This document shows, in pieces, positions 42,032 to 57,422 of a DNA stretch of 64,000 nucleotides. The stretch is from Eledone cirrhosa (taxonomy: Eukaryota), in assembly GCA_964016885.1 (NCBI GenBank), contig OZ024741.1:68572001-68636000 (forward strand), given 5' to 3'. The stretch's first letter is position 1; each line of letters opens with the position of its first letter. The notes beneath the pieces are model-generated. The model made no database searches. It saw only the letters and a program-made list of their open reading frames with translations, and was not told the origin of the DNA. Both the position numbers and the translations under genes were made by a program.

Positions 42032-45000
42032 GTATTTCTTGGGTATGACATTAAACTACATCCAGTGGCAAGGCTCCAGTTCGGGAGTTCAGGAGATGTG
42101 GGGAATATGGAGTTACCCCTTAGTTGTCATGACTCCCAGGTTTGCCCTGGCCCGGGGTGGTAGTACCTGTTAGGGCTCCATTTATGGGTTAAATAACTAC
42201 CGTATTCGAGTGGCGCCGGTAAGGTATTGTCAGCCATTGAAAAGAAATATGGAGAGTCGATCTAACAGCACTAGGGTTAGAGCCCCTAATTACACTGTCA
42301 AGGAGCAGCCTGGTCGTTATGACTCTGCTGGCTTAGAGCCACAGAGAGGGCCAGTGGATGATGGATCAGCTGTCTCTGAGACAAATATAAAGAATGCAGT
42401 TTTGTCCTGCAGAAGAGCCATCAATATGGGCACTTTGAATGTGAGGACTATTCGAACGCTGGAGAAGAGAGAGGAGTTGGGACATCTGTTCGAGGAGAGT
42501 GGTATACAGATACTTGCGATCCAAGAACACAGGATTCTACACGATGAGCCCGTGAGGAGTGTGATGATCGGGGGGAAGAGCCAGCTCATCACTACATCGG
42601 CAGTGAAGAACACAACAAATGCTGCAGTAGGAGGAGTGGGTTTTGTGTTCAGTGCAAAAACCAATCTGTTGGTGAGGGAAATAATGCCTATCTCCCCGCG
42701 AGTGTTGAGGGTGACCTTCAATGGAAACCCAAGACTGACAGTCATCTCAGCCTATAGTCCAACCGAGGGGGACAGTGATGTGAATGCCGAGGAGTTCCAT
42801 GAGGAAGTGTGTAGAGCTGTCAACACCACTCAGGCACACAATATCCTGCTTGTTTTGGGGGACTTCAATGCACATCTGAGTAAGGAGGGCAGTGAAGATC
42901 CTTGCTGGTACTTCCATAACAACACCAACCGAAATGGAAGACTACTGAGAGACACCCTGCTGGAGGCGAACTTGATGGCGACCAACCTAAGGTTTAGGAA
43001 GAATCTGGGGAAGATGTGGACCTACATCTCAGATATGCACCTGTCCAAGTCCCAGATTGATTTCATTCTGGTGAGGAAAATGTGGCGGAATAGTGTTCTG
43101 AACACGGAACCATACAGCTATTTCAGTACACTGGGTGGTGACCACCGGCTTGTTATGAGTGAGGTCCGCGTGAGCTTAAGAAAGAGCAAGGCTCAGCCCC
43201 GGAGAACAATCTATGACTGGGGAGCTTTCAAGGAAGATGATAAGCTACAGGAGAGGTTCACAGTGGAAGTGAGAAACAGGTTTAGTGCTCTGTGTGGAGA
43301 GTCAGAGGAGAGAGAGATTGGATGGACTGGGGAGAGTGTGACGAGGAGGTACGGGCACTTCACCAATGCAGTGGCGAAAGCAAGTGAAACCCTGGTGCCG
43401 AGGAAAAAGAACAAAGGGAAGCACGTCAGCTCTGCAGACCCAAAAGTGTGTGCAGCCAGAGAACAACTGAAAGCTGCCAGGGACCAATTCTATGCTGATC
43501 CTACGGAGGAGAGGATGGAGACTGTGGAGGTGATGAGGGAAGAGCTCTGTACCGCTTACACTGAGGTCAGAGAGGAGGCACTGATAGAGAAGATCAGAAG
43601 TGTGGAGAGAGCGGTTGACAGATCTGGATGTAAGGAGAGCTGGATGATCATCAACGAGATCACAGGGAGGAAGAAAAGGTGTTCGAGTCAGATCCAGGGA
43701 ACGGGGCCCGAGGATAGGAAGAGGAGATGGCTAGACCATTTTAGGACCCTACTAGGAGAGCCACCCTCCACAGCCCAGAGCACTGGGGAGACCAGGCGGC
43801 TGTTTGAGGAACTGGATGTTGAGACAGAGCCCTTCACCAGAGAGGAGCTTCAGAGAGCCAAGAAGAAGATCAAGGAGGGCAAGGCTCATGGAGAAGATGG
43901 AGTGGCATCAGAGGTGATGAAGAGGTGTGATTTTGATGATATCATCCTGGGGTTCTGTAACGGGGCACTGGAGAAAGGAGTTGCCCCGAATCAGTGGAGG
44001 ATCAGTAACATCGTCCCAGTGCCAAAGAAGGGAGATCTCTCTAACACCAACAACTACCGGGGGATCTCACTGACGTCACTTGTGGCAAAGACCCTCAACA
44101 GGATGATTCTTAACAGGATCCAGCCTGAGATGGAGAAGAAGCTCAGGGACAACCAGAACGGCTTCAGAGAGGGTAGATCAACCACCAGTCACATCCTGAT
44201 GCTGAGGAGGATATTAGAGGGAGCTAGAGCAAAGTGCCTTCCTGCGGTCATGGTTTTCATTGACTTTAGGAAGGCCTTTGATTCTGTGGACCGTTACTGC
44301 CTGATGAAGATCTTACAGGCTTATGGAATCCCCAAGAGTATAGTGGACCTGATATCACTGCTCTACACCAACACCAAAGCCCAAGTCATTACACCTGATG
44401 GGATGACAGAGTTCTTTGAGATACTGGCTGGAGTGCTCCAGGGAGATACATTGGCTCCCTACCTTTTTATCATCGTAGTGGACTATTGTATGCACCTTGC
44501 ACTGGAGAAACACCAGGACTCTGGCTTTACTGTAGCACCGGCTCAGAGCAGGAGAGTTGGGGCGAAAAAGGTATCGGATGCTGAATTTGCCGACGACATA
44601 GTTTTGGTGACAAATACAGTGAAGGAGGCAGAGGATTTGATGCGGGAGGTTGAGACTGTGTCGATGAGTGTGGGGCTGAGAATGAATGAGACTAAAACAA
44701 AATATCTGGTAGAGAATGTTGAGAAGCCAGAGGGGATCACTAATGTAGGCGGGAAGCCTCTGGAATTGGTTGAGGACTTCCTGTATTTGGGAGCAAAGAT
44801 TGGGAATACGGAAGATGATGTGGTTGAGAGGAAGAGCAAGGCCTGGGCGGCGTGCCACAGCTTGAGATCGGTGTGGAAGTCGGACCTTCGTAGAGACCTG
44901 AAAATCCGCCTCTTCATTGCTGTAGTGGAGTCTGTGCTGCTGTGTGGGTCTGAGACTTGGACACTGACCAAGAGACTCACTCAGATGGTGGATGGGTGCT

Positions 45001-45356
45001 ACACGAGAATGCTGAGGATGGCTCTGAACATTAATCAGTATACACTGAGGATGAAAAACTCAGAGCTGTATGGGAGCCTCCTAAAAGTCAGCTCAAAAGT
45101 GACACAGAGGAGACTGAGGTTGGCTGGACATGCTCACCGACATCGAGAGTTGACATTGCACTCAGTGCTCCTTTGGGAGCCCCTACATGGACACACTGGA
45201 AGAGGAAGACCAAGGTTAACATATGTTGATGCCCTAAGGACAGACACTGGTCTGTTGGAGACGCAGGACATGGCAGCGATAATGAGGGACAGAGACCGCT
45301 GGAGGGAACTCGTCCATGGATCTCGGGAATTTTACCCGCCTTAGATAGATAGATAC
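42032..45356 (+). mobile_element. Apparently full-length RTE-clade LINE inserted in (TA)n
   Basis: ~200-bp 5' UTR, single ORF, (TAGA)3 tail starting at the stop codon. Confidence 0.92.
42249..45344 (+). CDS. APE endonuclease + reverse transcriptase (RTE ORF)
   Basis: GTLNVRT, LAIQEH, AYSPT, LGDFNAH, QIDFIL, GDHRLV; [55 protein letters not shown]; first ATG at 42249 (track start is GTG 42210). Confidence 0.93.
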   Translation: MESRSNSTRVRAPNYTVKEQPGRYDSAGLEPQRGPVDDGSAVSETNIKNAVLSCRRAINMGTLNVRTIRTLEKREELGHLFEESGIQILAIQEHRILHDEPVRSVMIGGKSQLITTSAVKNTTNAAVGGVGFVFSAKTNLLVREIMPISPRVLRVTFNGNPRLTVISAYSPTEGDSDVNAEEFHEEVCRAVNTTQAHNILLVLGDFNAHLSKEGSEDPCWYFHNNTNRNGRLLRDTLLEANLMATNLRFRKNLGKMWTYISDMHLSKSQIDFILVRKMWRNSVLNTEPYSYFSTLGGDHRLVMSEVRVSLRKSKAQPRRTIYDWGAFKEDDKLQERFTVEVRNRFSALCGESEEREIGWTGESVTRRYGHFTNAVAKASETLVPRKKNKGKHVSSADPKVCAAREQLKAARDQFYADPTEERMETVEVMREELCTAYTEVREEALIEKIRSVERAVDRSGCKESWMIINEITGRKKRCSSQIQGTGPEDRKRRWLDHFRTLLGEPPSTAQSTGETRRLFEELDVETEPFTREELQRAKKKIKEGKAHGEDGVASEVMKRCDFDDIILGFCNGALEKGVAPNQWRISNIVPVPKKGDLSNTNNYRGISLTSLVAKTLNRMILNRIQPEMEKKLRDNQNGFREGRSTTSHILMLRRILEGARAKCLPAVMVFIDFRKAFDSVDRYCLMKILQAYGIPKSIVDLISLLYTNTKAQVITPDGMTEFFEILAGVLQGDTLAPYLFIIVVDYCMHLALEKHQDSGFTVAPAQSRRVGAKKVSDAEFADDIVLVTNTVKEAEDLMREVETVSMSVGLRMNETKTKYLVENVEKPEGITNVGGKPLELVEDFLYLGAKIGNTEDDVVERKSKAWAACHSLRSVWKSDLRRDLKIRLFIAVVESVLLCGSETWTLTKRLTQMVDGCYTRMLRMALNINQYTLRMKNSELYGSLLKVSSKVTQRRLRLAGHAHRHRELTLHSVLLWEPLHGHTGRGRPRLTYVDALRTDTGLLETQDMAAIMRDRDRWRELVHGSREFYPP

Positions 45357-46580
<1,224 letters not shown>

Positions 46581-46914
46581 TATTAATAAGAGGAATTCCA
46601 ACTTTGTCTGATTTACTCGTTTTATTTACAATCCTTTAAAATATATATAATATGGTATTATAATGAAATAGTATGATAGAATATTAAATTCTAAGTGTTA
46701 ATTGAACAAGTACTTTCATACTTTCGCAATCTTCAGGTTCATGATACGTGGTGACAGTCGAGTTTGCAATTTTCAACAATGAAAGTACTTGTTCAATTAA
46801 CACTTAGAATTTAATATTCTATCATACTATTTCATTATAATACCATTATATATTTTAAAGGATTGTAAATAAAACGAGTAAATCAGACAAAGTTGGAATT
46901 CCTCTTATTAATAT
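46581..46914. mobile_element. Fold-back mini-copy of the PLE family A 3' end
   Basis: Left arm 46581-46777 is the reverse complement of ~19327-19520; right arm 46779-46914 equals ~19385-19520; hammerhead at 46703-46741 (-). Confidence 0.9.
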
Positions 46915-47112
46915 AATCTTCTATACACAATCATACACACCCGTGTATATTTACCTATCTATATCTATATATATATATATATATTGTACATATAATGTGA
47001 GTGTATATATATGAATATGTATTCTGTATATATGTTTATGTATACAATGTATTCTATACAATATATATATATATATATATATTGCGGGCGGCTACAACTT
47101 CGATTCATATCG

Positions 47113-47177
<65 letters not shown>

Positions 47178-47499
47178 CATGTGCATATGTGTGTAAATGT
47201 AAACCAATTCAATCTTTTACGTTACCTGGCATCGTTAAGTCTTAATAAGGTTGTATAGCACATCTCATCCCAACGTATGACAGTTATTATGTGATCTATT
47301 GGCTTCGACACTAACAAATATAAATCTCAAGTTGTCAGTGAAGTAAGGGGAGTGGTAATGAATGAGGTGGTGGTTGTATTAGTTGAACGTGGAAAGATAT
47401 GGGTGCGGTAAATGGGTAGTTTGCGTAAATAGCGTTTGTTTCTTTTTCTTTAATGGATCGGGGGCGTGGAGTAAAAATTGTGTGGTGGACATTCAAATA

Positions 47500-47660
47500 T
47501 TTAATTTAAGTACAAAGCCAGCAATATTTTGACGGAGAAAAGTCGATTTCATCGACCTCGCTGCTTGACTTGTACTTCTTTTTACCGACCCCGATGAAAA
47601 GCAAAGTTGATCTTGCTCGGTTTTGAACCCAGAACATTAAAAGTTGTAACTAAATGCCGC
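47500..47660 (-). mobile_element. Diverged SINE
   Basis: Degenerate consensus. Confidence 0.6.
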
Positions 47661-48101
47661 GCAAATTAAAAGCATTTTTTCGTTTTTTAGAAATAACATA
47701 GGAAAAATATATTTTTACTTTTAGGATACAATTACATAAAAATAATAAAGAATTTAATATTTAGTCAAATGTAAAATGAAAAAAAATGTAGCATTGTAAA
47801 AGACTATAAATGAGAGGAAAGGCGGGAACGGTCAAGCATTATTAAGCAACAAAAGAAAGGAGGCAGGGGTGTGGTCTTTCTGTTGCAACCCGCGGATAAA
47901 ATGGAAAAGGCATTACCGCGGACAATGGCCAACGACATCCGCTGCAACACTCATCCCACTTCGTGGGACTCCTTTTTCAGATGGGTTTCTATTCTCAGCG
48001 CAAAGCCTACAATTTATGAAGAGGGGAAAGTCGATTCTTGATTGGTGCTTTATCTTACCAACTTCGGAATGATGAAAAGCATATCACTAGTCTTTAAATA
48101 G

Positions 48102-48287
48102 TAATAATTGTTTCTACTTTTGGCACAAGGCCAGCAATTAACCAGTGCATTACAGGTACTTTATTTTATCGACCCCGTAAGGATGAAAGGCAAAGTCAAC
48201 CTCGGCCGGATTTGAACTCAGATCGTTAAAGGACGTAACTATGCTTGAAAGCACGGCGTCCGACCCTCTACCGATACTGCCAATCCA
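48102..48287 (-). mobile_element. tRNA-derived SINE
   Basis: Consensus match. Confidence 0.9.
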
Positions 48288-48453
48288 ATGATTAGCAGAA
48301 TGGCTCGGCGTTGCTCGGGATTTGCTCTAGGGTTCTTATATATTTGATATATATTTATCCTTATCGAGCCTCGTGAAATAAATACGTTTGTTTACATTTT
48401 GTTATTGTGAATGCAAACATATCTGTACACGAATATATAATTATATATATATA

Positions 48454-49293
48454 CTAGCAGCAGTACCTAGCGTTGCCTGGGTAGGTAAAATAATATCTGC
48501 TTTGATGAAAAGGTGTTGATCTTAGCGACTGCTTCTCGATGACTCATCTATGGCCACACACAGGCCATGCGGGGGAGAGTGGTGATTACCTTTATCACTG
48601 AGAAAGGCGGGTGACTGACGAGGGGGCATGCTGGGGGAGGCAGGTAATGACCTCTAACACTAAGCCAAATTTCCTCACGCTACTTGATTGGAAACCGATG
48701 AATTCTCAAATATACAACTAAAAGCTCAGACGACGTCAGTGGCCATCGTTTTGCCTTTGACCATCTATAAGATGTGTAATGATAAGTTCTATCGAAGTAT
48801 AAAAGTTGAACCAAATAAATTGATTTATGTGTGAGGTGGAGCCGAAGTTTCGAATTTGAACGAAATCGGTTGAAAAATGAGGGAGCTAGAGCCGAAAAGG
48901 CTGAAATTTGAGCGAAAAGATGGTATTTTCGAATATCTAAGCGGCTGCCACGCCATTCCTGAACAAAAAATCCAAAATCTAAAGCCATTATAGGATGTGC
49001 AATGATAAATTCTATTTTGCTTTAAAATTTGAACGAAATCGCCGGCAAAATGTGGGAGCTAGAGCCAAAAATCTTATTTTCGATACCTAAAAAAAGGTGA
49101 CCTCCCCTATCGATTTTTATCTGGAGAATGACCCCGGAATAAAAAAAAATGATACGCTGATGTATAGAAAACACTCCCCGATGACTAATCTATGAGCCTG
49201 TAAAGTTTCATGAAAATCGGTCGTAAGATCCCTATAGGTAATACACAGACACACAGACAAACACACACATACTTAATTTTATATATATACAGA
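48454..49293 (-). mobile_element. Non-autonomous Helitron
   Basis: On - strand: 5' TC start then (tgtc/tg) repeat; 3' hairpin acccaggcaacgctaggt followed by CTAG; A|T insertion site. Confidence 0.7.
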
Positions 49294-50204
49294 TATTAAA
49301 ATAACAGATTAAAGTTTAAGCAAAGAATCGCTGCTTTCACCCTTAACGGGATCTTCTGAAACTGAAAAAATCAATCTGTGAACGCAGAAAATGAATTGCT
49401 GCTTCCACCCTTAACGGGATCTTCTACCTAAAAGCAGTATGAAGTACACTGAGACTAACTGGTGTAATCTTTGGCCTTGTTTGAATAGTACTTGCTGTAC
49501 AACAGCTAAAACGTCAATTTACAGCTATTATTCATACTAGCAGAAAAACCACCCTTCGGGTGAATTTCTGCTAGCATGTGTAATGTACATATTGATATTA
49601 TACGCAAATATATATGCATGTAGATATGATACATCAAATAAAATAGCAATTGACAATATACACAAACATTGAATGAAGACTGTGTTACATTGTCTTATGT
49701 AATCAGTAATGTAATCCATGATACATTAAAAAAAGACGATATTATATATAAACTGCATTAGGAGAAAATTAGTGACGGAAATATATGAATGTTTATTTAA
49801 GCGATCGCTAACTAGAAGTGTTGACATTTGAAAATTTTAAAGAAGTGAATCTTAAAATAAGCAACAATATTATTTATATTTAATTAACAATTACGAAATT
49901 TACTAGATAAATTATGTAATATTCATTCATTATTTATTCAAAGTAATCCAACTTATTTTACAAACGGGATAAAAAAATATATTCTGGATGCAGTCCCGCA
50001 CTCCTTACTTTATTATAGTTTATATATATATATATATCGATATGGTCGCGCAACTACTTCTGATGGAATCGTAGGGGCGCCGTAGGGGCATACAGCGTTT
50101 CTCGAGCATTTTAAGCCAGCCAGCCCTCTCCAGTTTTGAACACAGCAGATTCCTTCCAAGGAATGATTGAGAGTGGGAAAGAGAAAGGGATAAAAATAAG
50201 AAGA

Positions 50205-50355
50205 ATCGACGCCATTAATTGACTGGTACTTGTTTTATTGACCTCGATATGATAAAAGGCAAAGTTGATCTCGGCGGGATTTGAAGTCAGAGAGAAGAGA
50301 GCCGAAACGAAGATCGCAAAACATTCTATCCGACGTTCTAACAACTCTGCCAATT
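50205..50355 (-). mobile_element. tRNA-derived SINE
   Basis: Consensus core. Confidence 0.75.
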
Positions 50356-50524
50356 TGTATATATGATGAGTTCATATTCTTATTGCCTATAGGATCGTAA
50401 TTAGCGAGAGAATATGTATAGTGACGGCATAAATCTTCAGCTTGAAAACAAATAAGCTCTAGTGCATGCATTGATACATTCGACTACGCACGCTGTCGAA
50501 GACGCTGTTTCTGCATTTTAAGAA

Positions 50525-50902
50525 CACGATCGCGAATACAAGCGGCTGAAATGGGATTCCGCCGAAAGGTCTTTGGAATAACATTACTCGATAAAGTGCG
50601 TAACTCGGAAATCAGAGTCACTCCAGGTAGAGACGTTACTTCTCCGAATTGAGAGATCACAGTTCCGATATTATGGCCATGAGGTTAGAATGTCTCAGGA
50701 AAGAATCGCTGGACAAATTTTACGGGCAAAACCAATCGGCAGGAGACCCAGGAGTAGACCCCATGAGCTTAGCTGGTCTCGCTTGGGGTTCCAACTGGAT
50801 CAATTGGAGACGGTTGCTTTTGACAGGACCCAATGAAATGAGAGTTTCAGGACCCTGCTCCGACGACCCTCTCAGGATATAGTGGGCGAAGAAGAAGAAG
50901 AA
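50525..50902 (+). pseudogene. RTE (Expander/Rex3-like) 3' fragment with (GAA)n tail
   Basis: RIQAAEMGF..GITLLDKVRNSEIR..LLLRIERSQFRYYGH.VRM..GRRPRSRP. Confidence 0.75.
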
Positions 50903-51180
50903 TTGTTTGAGAACTCTAACAAATTTTGTCTATTCTATACTCACTGCGACAATTAATTTCGAACAAAAATGTCACGATATATACATATATAAATGACGAC
51001 AGTCTAGCCTTTGTAGCAAACAGTTACGTTCCTTCATCACTATTTAACACATTAAATTGAAATTTGAAGAATAGAAAAGCATAAAAGAAAGAGGATATAG
51101 GAAAACGTCTTTTCTAAGCAACAGCATAATGTCTATTTATTCATTTGAAATTTTTGTTTGTAAATTGAAATTTGTTTTAT

Positions 51181-51300
<120 letters not shown>

Positions 51301-51422
51301 AATTTCAATTTACAAACAAAAATTTCAAATGAATAAATAGACGTTTTCCTATATCCTCTTTCTTTTATGCTTTTTAATTCTTCAAATATACTACCACTGC
51401 TAGTATATATATATATACAAAC

Positions 51423-51463
<41 letters not shown>

Positions 51464-51464
<1 letters not shown>

Positions 51465-52396
51465 TAGCAGTGGTACCCGGCGTTGCACGGGATAAGCTAT
51501 TTTTGGAACGCGGGCCGCCAACAGACCTAATCGTGGAAAAACTGCATGCCTGGACAATATGTCAAGAAAATAAACACAATACTCTGATGGCTGGATAATC
51601 TTTAAGATTTTCCTCGATGAAACAGGAAAAATTCAGATTTTCACCTAATGTGGGCCCTAGGGGATAAAGAAAATGAAATTTTTTTATGTGCATAATATGG
51701 TTTGAAATTTCGGGAAAATCGGCTAGACGTAACGCCCCCAAAAAGCCCTAAAAAGCTGAAAAATGAAGTTTTTAAGCTAATGCGGGCCCTAGGCCATAAA
51801 AGAAATTGGATTTTCTTTGCTCACGGTATGAAGAAGAGACTGACTAATACATAGTTACAATTTCAATGAATCGGTCTGACGTAACACCTAAAAAAACCCA
51901 TAAAAAGCTTAAAAAACGCAGTTTTTCACCTAATGCGGGCCCTAGGAGATCAAAATTTTCTATTTAACTCCCTGAATAACACTCCGTGAAACATAAGTAA
52001 TACACATGTAAAGTTTGAAAAACATCGGTTGGGTACTTCTCGAGTTTTAGGGATTCAAACTCAGACACACACACACACATACACACAGACATACATCCTC
52101 AGGGAAGTGACGTAATACAGACAGCCAGACATACTGACAGATATTATAAGGGCGTGACGTTATAAGTATGTATCTATATAAAAAGAATGACTAAGAATTA
52201 TAGAGAGAGATCGCTAAATCGCCTAATGCGGTTCCTAGGGAATTGAAAATTTGAAAATTCTTTTGCTCGGAACACTCCCTGTAACATAAGTATTATATGT
52301 GTAAAGTTTGAAAATAGTCGGTTGGTTGGTTCTCGAGTTTTAGGGATTCAAACTCACATACACACAGGCAGACATCCTCAGTTTTATATACATAGA
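51464..52396 (-). mobile_element. Non-autonomous Helitron with internal tandem duplications
   Basis: 5' TCTATGTATATAAAA; 3' hairpin cccgtgcaacgccggg then CTAG; ctaatg(c/t)gg..cctagg repeated four times. Confidence 0.75.
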
Positions 52397-52400
52397 TATA

Positions 52401-52480
<80 letters not shown>

Positions 52481-52538
52481 GTATATATATGTATATATAC
52501 GTATATATACATATATACATATATATATGTGTATATAT

Positions 52539-52590
<52 letters not shown>

Positions 52591-52615
52591 ATATACATAT
52601 ATATATGTATATATG

Positions 52616-53117
<502 letters not shown>

Positions 53118-53145
53118 TATATATATTGTCAATTAGTGATGCAGG

Positions 53146-54815
53146 ACCACCCTGCATCACTAATTGACAATGGAATCCAACGTGCCCTAAAACTCAGTAC
53201 CCAGGACCTTAGACACCCTAAAGTAAATCAACCGAAACTAAAAGCTCTTCCATACATCTCCACACACAACCCCCTCAACAATGAGGCCTTTGACACCATC
53301 CTCCAGAACATCCCTGTGTTGAAAAAGGACCATAGAATGAACCAAATCCTACGAACACACGATATCATAAAGAGCAAAAGACAATCTAAGTCAATGAAAA
53401 ACATCCTAACACATGCCAAAGTACTGCCAACCACAACAACGAAACCCACAGTAAAAAAATGCGATAGACCCAACTGTGGCATTTGCATCAACCTAATAGA
53501 GGGTTCGGAATTCTATTTCAAAGAAGGACAACGTTTTATAGTAAAACACAATTTCACATGTGCATCGGAAAATCTGATATATGTATTAACTTGCTCAGGT
53601 TGTCGAGAACAATACATAGGCCAGACCAAAATCAGCCTCCGCCAACGCATGACTGTCCATAGATCCCAAATTAAAATACGGGAATACAGGAAAATACCAC
53701 TGAGTGAACACATTGATACCTGTGCCGCCCAAAATCATCCCAACTTCAGAATCTTTCCCCTCTACAAATTTAAAGATAATGCCACCCACACCCAGCGCAT
53801 CAGCAAGGAATCTTACTTTATTAACAAATACGGACCCCGTCTAAACACTTCTCCCTAAGACGAACCCACAACATACACACGTCAACATACATACCTACAT
53901 CAGCACACATCTCTACCCACATATAAACACAATGACATACGTAAACACACATGTTCTATGGTGCAACACAAATATACACAAATTTGCATACCTTTTGATG
54001 TCTATAGATATAAACGTGCCGGCACACACACATACATAAACGCACACATGCATTGCACACTGATGGGCACATACATTTTTGTGCACAGGTATTCCAATAC
54101 GGCAAAGCCTAATGAATTCCCCTTGCAGTACGTGCAATCTGGACACACTCCAGATACATATTTGTACACAGGTATACAATTTCTGGACACACTCCAGATA
54201 CATGTGTGCAATTTGTGCACAGGTGTACAGTTTATGCACAGGTATACAATTTCTGGACACACTCCAGATACATATTTGTGCCCAGGTATTCCAATACGGC
54301 AAGGCCTTACAATCTGGACACACTCCAGATACATATTTGTGCACAGGTATACAATTTCTGGACACACTCCAGATACATGTGTACAGTTTGTGCACAGGTA
54401 TACAATTTCTGGACACACTCCAGATATATATTTGTGCACAGGTATTCCAATACGGCAAGGCCTAAGGGATCCCCTTTCAGTAGGTACAATCTGGACACAC
54501 ACACACACATAACTTGGTATTATGCCAATACTATATCATTTCACACCTTTTATTATTAAGGTTTTTGATGTTCTATTGAGAGAATCGTTTTTACTGAAAA
54601 TATCGAATAATGTACACCATTTTACCAGGAAAAAAATACTGGTCCACCCACACACACACACACACACACACATTCTCACACACACATACACACACATATA
54701 TACACACACACATACACACGCGTACATTAACATACAAAGAGACATATACACACACACACACACACGAACACACACACACTTCTCCGTATAAGACAAGAGC
54801 TGAAAAATATCTTTT
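53146..54815 (+). mobile_element. 5'-truncated PLE family B (linker, GIY-YIG and 3' UTR)
   Basis: HPASLIDNGIQRA..PYISTHNP..KCDRPNCGIC..CASENLIYVLTCSGCREQYIGQT; stop at 53858. Confidence 0.9.
54070..54500. repeat. Irregular minisatellite with hairpin core tctgga-cacac-tccaga
   Basis: Core at 54138, 54182, 54252, 54313, 54357, 54408 (partial at 54490). Confidence 0.85.
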
Positions 54816-54829
54816 AACAAGAGTTCCCC

Positions 54830-55087
54830 ATAGAAAGGTCCTGTGTTCAAACCTTGGTCCTGGTCGCGTATTTTGTCCTTGTGGAAGGCAATTTGCTGGT
54901 AAAAAAGAGTTGCACCTATGATTCAAGGGATCAGCGTTGTCACACTGAATATCAATGAGAACTACGTTAAGGCCGTGTGGGTCTTGTCTATGGAATGTTC
55001 TGCCACTTGCACGTTAATTTCACAATCAGACGACCAGAATATTCCACTGATTCAATCAAAAGGAGTTGTCATCAGAAATGACGGAGG
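54830..55087 (+). mobile_element. Old SINE of a second family
   Basis: B-box-like gtgttcaaacc; gccacttgcacgttaatttcac block shared with 28945-28965. Confidence 0.5.
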
Positions 55088-55230
55088 TCCAGCAATAAGA
55101 ACACATACATAAACACACAAACACACAAACACACAAACACACACGCGCGCATATATGTGTGTATGTGTGTGAGTGTAAGCGTTAACCTAATATATCCCTT
55201 CCATATACTGTACCGATTGTGTTGATATTT

Positions 55231-55317
<87 letters not shown>

Positions 55318-55325
<8 letters not shown>

Positions 55326-55532
55326 ATACTTGGGGAGGGTCATATTTGTGTAATATTGCCAGAATTAATAACAGAACACACTCACTGTTTGGTTGGTTTT
55401 CGCTTTTCGCTTCTGTTTCTTTTATATCGGTAATCTGAAGCGAAAAGCGAAAACCAACCAAACAGTGAGTGTGTTCTGTTATTAATTCTGGCAATATTAC
55501 ACAAATATGACCCTCCCCAAGTATAACAATAT
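55318..55532. mobile_element. Fold-back element with PLE family D-like termini
   Basis: ~95-bp inverted arms with ~23-nt spacer; ends ttgttatacttggggagggtcat resemble 1002 and 56263. Confidence 0.8.
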
Positions 55533-55726
55533 TTGTTTCGACACACGATTTCATATAAAAAACCTCGCAAAACTATATATATATATATATATGTAGATAA
55601 ATCTACCAAGAGTTTACGGTAGTGTCCAATCCGTATGAAGAACTCAATGTATTCCGGATATCATGGAAAGAAGAGATGCAATGAAAAATCACTTTCGGTG
55701 AAAGATAAACGGAATACAGAGTCAAG

Positions 55727-57224
<1,498 letters not shown>

Positions 57225-57262
57225 ATATAAATAAATGGAAACTATATTTATAAAACCATAAT

Positions 57263-57328
57263 TATTTTATTATATATATTTCAAGGGCAACCAAGGCAAA
57301 TTTTGGTGCGCTTTCATCAGATAAAATA
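57263..57328 (-). ncRNA. Type I hammerhead ribozyme in a ~180-bp island between (TA)n tracts
   Basis: tattttat-CTGATGA-aagcgcaccaa..ttggttgccctt-GAAA-tatata-TA-ataaaata. Confidence 0.8.
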
Positions 57329-57422
57329 CAAATTTGTTTTATAAATATTCACATACCCGCATAAAGACAACCTTAACGGTTGAGGTTCGCTGGATAGTCA
57401 TATATATATATATATATATATA

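Noticed and set aside
42317-44980. Antisense ORFs within the RTE
   Set aside because: Shadow frames of a GC-richer coding sequence with no motifs
54070-54500. CRISPR-like hairpin repeats
   Set aside because: The spacers are themselves repeated modules; no cas genes; eukaryotic context
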